41,544 nt of DNA from an uncultured Methanosarcinales archaeon (GTDB lineage Archaea; Nanobdellota; Nanobdellia; Woesearchaeales; B54-G15), in NCBI GenBank assembly GCA_964519225.1, contig CAZFJK010000006.1, positions 1 to 41,544 of the forward strand, in the 5' to 3' direction. The first letter of the stretch is position 1. Each line of letters begins with the position of its first letter. A model generated the notes under the pieces. It was not told where the DNA came from and did no database searches. It worked only from the letters and a program-made list of their open reading frames with translations. A program made the translations under genes and the position numbers. This document shows, piece by piece, positions 31,645 through 41,544 of the stretch.

Positions 31645-31860
31645 ATGGAAATTAGCTATGATAAAGAAGCGGATGCGATGTATATAGAATTTCGTAAAGG
31701 TAAATTCGCTAAAAACAAAAAGATAGGTGACTTTACAATCATAGATCTGGATGCTGAGGGGAATATTTTGGGTATTGAACTTCTTGAAGTAAGCAAAAGA
31801 ATACCAATCGAATCTCTTACAGAAATACATGTAAAAAATTTGCTTGCAGTTGCACGATAA
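31645..31860 (+). CDS. DUF2283 family protein (putative antitoxin)
   Basis: YDKEADAMYI..IIDLDAEGNILGIELL. Confidence 0.85.
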   Translation: MEISYDKEADAMYIEFRKGKFAKNKKIGDFTIIDLDAEGNILGIELLEVSKRIPIESLTEIHVKNLLAVAR

Positions 31861-31932
31861 AACAGATCTTTTATAAATGGGAAAGTTTTTTAAACAAAGA
31901 TTGCTTTTCTGGTGTAAAAGAGGTGAAATAGA

Positions 31933-32529
31933 ATGAAATTGATAACACAGCCTGGCGATGCGCTCAAGGCGATGAAGAAAGAAAAGAACTTGAATAAGTC
32001 GATAGGAATTCTTGCCATAGCAGGAATCTTGTTTGGGATTTCTGTGCTAATAAGTGGAACAAGTTTAGCGAATTTAGTGCCGCAAATACAAGCCTGGATG
32101 ACAGGAACATACTGGGCTGCATTGATTACATTCTTGTTTGTGTTTGTTGGAGGTCTTTTCCTCGGATGGTTAGTAAAAGTAGTAATGACAACACTCGGCT
32201 GCAAAGGAACTTATTTTGGAGGGTTAACAGCTGTTGCATATCCAGCATTTATTCTTTCGGTTGCGGGGATTATTTCAGCTTTAGTGAATTATATTCCATA
32301 CATCGGTAGCATACTGGCTTTCTTGGTAACAGTAATCTTAGCTTGTGTTGCTTTTGCATTGACTTACAGGACAATAAAAGAATTGTTTGCTACTGACGTC
32401 GTAACAGCATTTATTGGATTATTGGTAGTATGGTCTGCAGTTGCTGCTGCTGGTGCTGCAACAGTTCCAGGAATAATGCTAGCAGTAGGAAAGATTCCGT
32501 TCATAGCAAAGGTTCCTGGTTTGCTTTAA
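31933..32529 (+). CDS. Yip1-like multi-pass membrane protein
   Basis: LITQPGDAL N-terminus, about 5 TM helices, GGLTAVAY; GAGGTGA Shine-Dalgarno. Confidence 0.7.
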   Translation: MKLITQPGDALKAMKKEKNLNKSIGILAIAGILFGISVLISGTSLANLVPQIQAWMTGTYWAALITFLFVFVGGLFLGWLVKVVMTTLGCKGTYFGGLTAVAYPAFILSVAGIISALVNYIPYIGSILAFLVTVILACVAFALTYRTIKELFATDVVTAFIGLLVVWSAVAAAGAATVPGIMLAVGKIPFIAKVPGLL

Positions 32530-32555
32530 ACCATTTCTTTTTTTATTTTTTAAAA

Positions 32556-32876
32556 ATGAAAGAAATTGGTTATTATGTTGGTGTTGTTGGGTGTGTTGTA
32601 GTTCTTCTTTTTGGCATAGCAAGTATAATCTACGGCGTTTTGCAACCAGCCGAATTCAAGCAATTAGGAGCATACTACGGCATTTGGGGAATTGGCTGTG
32701 CTATTTTTGGATTTATTGGTTTACGAATGACAAAAAGAAAAGCAAGAGGTTACAAAGTTGCAGGAAATCTATTACTGTTAATTTTTGGAATTGGTAGTGC
32801 AATAACAATGATCAGTATGTTCATTGGTCCTGCTTTAATGATTATCAGTGCGATAATTGGCTTTAAGCATAGTTAA
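32556..32876 (+). CDS. Small Gly-rich membrane protein
   Basis: Start moved to ATG 32556 (MKEIG); 3-4 hydrophobic segments. Confidence 0.65.
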   Translation: MKEIGYYVGVVGCVVVLLFGIASIIYGVLQPAEFKQLGAYYGIWGIGCAIFGFIGLRMTKRKARGYKVAGNLLLLIFGIGSAITMISMFIGPALMIISAIIGFKHS

Positions 32877-32884
32877 AAGCAGGC

Positions 32885-33550
32885 TTAGGGAAATATAATT
32901 TTGTTATTGTAGAAAACTCCCTTTTTCAGCTTAACTGGTCGCCATTCATCTAGGATTAATTCTGCTTTCAGCCATGATGCGAGCTTTTTTGGATTTCCTA
33001 TTGTTGCGCTTAGTGCTATTAAATGCAGGTTTGGCAGTAAACGTTGAAGGATTGTTATCAGAATTTCAAGTGTTGGTCCTCTGCCGACATCATTCAAAAG
33101 GTGGATTTCATCTATTATTGCAACGCCTATTTTTCTTAGCCATGGAGCATGATGCCTGATGAGCGAATCAAATTTTTCTGCTGTGCAGACAATCAGGTCA
33201 TATTTATCAAGATATGGATCTGCTGAATCGAGATTTCCAATTGACAGAGTGATCTTACAAAGATGAGCATATCTATGCGTGAATAAATCGTATTTCTCGT
33301 TTGCTAATGCTTTTAATGGCACAAGGTAAATTGCTTTTTTTCTATGCTCTAAGATTTCTTTTAGCATTGCTAGTTCAGCGACAAGTGTTTTTCCACTTGC
33401 TGTAGGTGTGCATACGAGAAGATTTTTTCTTTTAAGCAAACCAGATTTGATTGATTTTTCCTGGCATGGAGTAAGCTTTTCGATGCCTTCTTTTTCAAGA
33501 ACTGCAAAAAGTTCTTCTGGAATTTCTTTTCTTATGTCTTTTAGGAGCAT
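32885..33550 (-). CDS. Ski2/Hel308-like DEAH helicase, first RecA domain only
   Basis: Q motif LTPCQ, PTASGKT, PLKALANEK, TAEKFD, DEIH, ALSAT, WRPV, then stop at 221 aa. Confidence 0.85.
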   Translation of the reverse strand: MLLKDIRKEIPEELFAVLEKEGIEKLTPCQEKSIKSGLLKRKNLLVCTPTASGKTLVAELAMLKEILEHRKKAIYLVPLKALANEKYDLFTHRYAHLCKITLSIGNLDSADPYLDKYDLIVCTAEKFDSLIRHHAPWLRKIGVAIIDEIHLLNDVGRGPTLEILITILQRLLPNLHLIALSATIGNPKKLASWLKAELILDEWRPVKLKKGVFYNNKIIFP

Positions 33551-33670
33551 GTGCTGTTAATTTTTTTCTGTTTATTTAAATTTTATATATCTCTGCGGCA
33601 TTCTAAAATCAAAAAAATAAGGCGACTAGGAGAGAAATATTTAAAAGCGGGGTATGTTTGAATTATAAAC

Positions 33671-34183
33671 ATGAAACAAAAACTGTATGAAAAAGGAAAA
33701 GAAAAATATTCTTTGGCAAGTGCTGTTGGGCAGAACTTATTTTTTGTGATTTATTTTGCAATCGCTTTTATTGGGATGTCTTTCTTACAAATCAACAACG
33801 TTCCTATAGCTTCAATCGCTTACGTCGCTTTTATAGGAATAATGTTGATTTTTGTTTTGAGAAAGCATCTATGCACACATTGTTTTTACTATGGGAAAAT
33901 TTGCAATACTGGATGGGGAAAATTAGCAGCATGTTTATTCAAGAAAAATTCCGGCAACTACGAACTTGGTGGAAAACTTGCAAGTATAACCTGGATGTTA
34001 GCGATGTTTCTTCCCATTATTGGAATGGTTATTGCTTTGATATTAAACTGGTTTTCAATAACTATTGCTCTGCTATTAGGCGTATTCATTATTCTTAGTG
34101 TTGTAAATTTCTCTATTCATAAAAAATCATGTGTAAAATGTAAGATGAGGTTTGTATGTCCTGGAAGTATAGCAAAGCAATAG
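33671..34183 (+). CDS. Four-TM membrane protein with two Cys clusters
   Basis: LCTHCFYYGKIC and SCVKCKMRFVCP. Confidence 0.7.
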   Translation: MKQKLYEKGKEKYSLASAVGQNLFFVIYFAIAFIGMSFLQINNVPIASIAYVAFIGIMLIFVLRKHLCTHCFYYGKICNTGWGKLAACLFKKNSGNYELGGKLASITWMLAMFLPIIGMVIALILNWFSITIALLLGVFIILSVVNFSIHKKSCVKCKMRFVCPGSIAKQ

Positions 34184-34184
34184 T

Positions 34185-34700
34185 ATGCAACCGAAGTTGA
34201 AAATTATGCAAAAGAAAAGTATTGGTCACTTAATTGGTCACATAGTATATATTTTTTTATACGGAGTATTGGTAATATCTACAGTTTTTCTTTACAATTC
34301 CGCTAATTTAATGAAATTACTATACGCGGGATGGGTGATCTTGACACTTGGAATTATCTTTCTATTGTGGTCAAGCAAATCACGAAAGAAAGGGTGTGCA
34401 GAACGCGATGTTGGAAAGGGATATCTTGTTGAAAGTGGCATGTATGCTTTTGTCCGCCATCCAGAATTCTTGGGGCATATATTGATAATTTTTGCGCTTG
34501 TTATTATTTCACAACACTCGATTAGCTTGATTACTGGAACAATCTTAATTGTTTTACTATGTCTTGAAATGATAGAAGAGGAAAAGAGAAACATAAAAAA
34601 GTTTGGCAATGCATACAGAGATTATATGAAAAGAGTCCCGAGAATAAATTTAATCGTAGGGATTATTAAACATAGCAAGAGCAAGAGAAAAAAGAAGTGA
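34185..34700 (+). CDS. ICMT/PEMT-family membrane methyltransferase
   Basis: LVESGMYAFVRHP, EEKRNIKKFGNAYRDYMKRVPR. Confidence 0.85.
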   Translation: MQPKLKIMQKKSIGHLIGHIVYIFLYGVLVISTVFLYNSANLMKLLYAGWVILTLGIIFLLWSSKSRKKGCAERDVGKGYLVESGMYAFVRHPEFLGHILIIFALVIISQHSISLITGTILIVLLCLEMIEEEKRNIKKFGNAYRDYMKRVPRINLIVGIIKHSKSKRKKK

Positions 34701-34765
34701 TGCTTGCTTTAACCCCAAAATTTAAATATAAAAACAGTTCTTGAGGGAAAATAAAAGGTGACAAA

Positions 34766-40499
<5,734 letters not shown>

Positions 40500-40657
40500 C
40501 TTTCTAATGAAATAAGGCACGTTCTGTCGTTTTACCCGAACAGAAGATATCGATGGGTGACTTGGGTTCTGCTCAAGAATGATGCCCCCACTGAGACTTC
40601 AAAAAGTCTAATATTCACACCAAAAAATATAAAAAACATTTCTCGTGTTGATCTATC

Positions 40658-41544
40658 ATGGAACAAACGGAGAATGCAAGCGCAATCAGATCTCAGGAAC
40701 CAAACATAGAATATTCTACGTCCATTTCGGTAATAGTTCATCAAATTCTGGAAGAAAATGTTAAAAAGTTGAGAGCTAAAAAAACAAAAAAGGTAATCAA
40801 AGCATATCAAGGAACAAAAGAAGGTTCCAATGTTGTAAGGGCCCTTTGGGAAACGGCTAATCATACAAAAGATTCTAAAGCTGTTAGGAAAGTTGCAGAG
40901 TTGTTTGAGCAAAGGAAGTTAAAAAACAACTTGGAGGATACTCTTATAGTGGCAGAAGCTATTGCATACGTAGCCCACCATACAGGAGATTCTGGAGCTG
41001 TTATAGAGGTTGCAGAGATGTTTAAGGAATTAGATGGGATTAAAGTAGCTGGAGCTATTATGGCGGCGGCTCGCAAAGGTCGTGAGACTGTAACAAAAGT
41101 TGCGAAGGAGCTTAAAAAGTATAGATTAAAAGAGATCGCTGAGGTAGTGGCAAATGTTATTTACAAGATAATTGATCAAACACAAAATACTGAAACTGCC
41201 GTAGAGGTTGCAAAGAAATTGAGGAATAGAGAAGCGCTTGAGGCGATAATGAAATATCAAAGATTAGACAAAAGTGATACTATAGCTAAGATGCTTGGAA
41301 ACGTGGCTCTGTTTACAATGAGTTCTAAAGCTGTTTCGGCGGTTGCAAAAGAGTTCAGAGAATGTGAAGAATTTCTTCGAGCTATGAGCAAAAGAAAGCA
41401 ATATGTTATAGAAGATTTAAGTTTAAAAATAATATACATAGCCGAATATACAAGAAATCCTGCAGCTATTGGGGAGACTGTAAAGACGCTTAAGGAGTAT
41501 AGATCAAAGAAAGATGAAGCATTCGATAAGATACTGACCGAGCT
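40658..41544 (+). CDS. Helical-repeat protein, 3' truncated by window edge (not in ORF track)
   Basis: Frame open from ATG 40658 (MEQTENASA) to the window end with no stop; degenerate repeats. Confidence 0.75.
   Translation, partial: MEQTENASAIRSQEPNIEYSTSISVIVHQILEENVKKLRAKKTKKVIKAYQGTKEGSNVVRALWETANHTKDSKAVRKVAELFEQRKLKNNLEDTLIVAEAIAYVAHHTGDSGAVIEVAEMFKELDGIKVAGAIMAAARKGRETVTKVAKELKKYRLKEIAEVVANVIYKIIDQTQNTETAVEVAKKLRNREALEAIMKYQRLDKSDTIAKMLGNVALFTMSSKAVSAVAKEFRECEEFLRAMSKRKQYVIEDLSLKIIYIAEYTRNPAAIGETVKTLKEYRSKKDEAFDKILTE

Noticed and set aside
40548..40595. Fluoride-riboswitch-like words GATGG...TGATG.CC..ACTG
   Set aside because: P1 stem and pseudoknot cannot be formed convincingly, and the downstream gene is not recognisably fluoride-related
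40532..41439. Three minus-strand ORFs at the window end
   Set aside because: Shadows of the open plus-strand repeat-protein frame starting at 40658

Overview
Archaeal chromosome segment. The AT-rich coding DNA, divergent archaeal 16S/23S, archaeal SRP54/FtsY/IleRS/Kae1/prefoldin/CDC48 and several bacterial-type genes best fit a DPANN archaeon of the Woesearchaeota/Pacearchaeota type; this placement is an inference. There is one 100-N scaffold gap (14478-14577). Housekeeping content: partial SAM synthetase, SRP54, type-1 IDI, CobO, class II RNR, IleRS, Kae1, a 16S-tRNA(Ala)-23S operon without 5S, iscSU, eL41, four more tRNAs, ScpA, prefoldin, FtsY and CDC48. Main observations: (1) an AT-rich radical SAM + NMNAT-like + NrtR cassette sits between nrdJ and cobO, with a canonical 21-bp GT-N7-AC NrtR box over the predicted start site of the uncharacterised radical SAM gene; (2) a tRNA-Ile(UAU) has its anticodon on an 8-nt exon between two introns, and tRNA-Ala and tRNA-Glu carry T-loop (59/60) introns; (3) the rRNA processing stems are perfect duplexes with no bulge-helix-bulge; (4) CDC48 has two 459-aa LAGLIDADG inteins at equivalent D1 and D2 sites, both lacking the block-B His; (5) an intact bacterial-type Lgt co-occurs with a lipobox protein; (6) two regulators have candidate operator palindromes. 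Several small ORFs and remnants missing from the ORF track were also read: eL41, a 32-aa zinc finger, an IS481-like end, toxin-antitoxin remnants and a terminal helical-repeat protein. All calls come from reading motifs by eye; no database searches were run.
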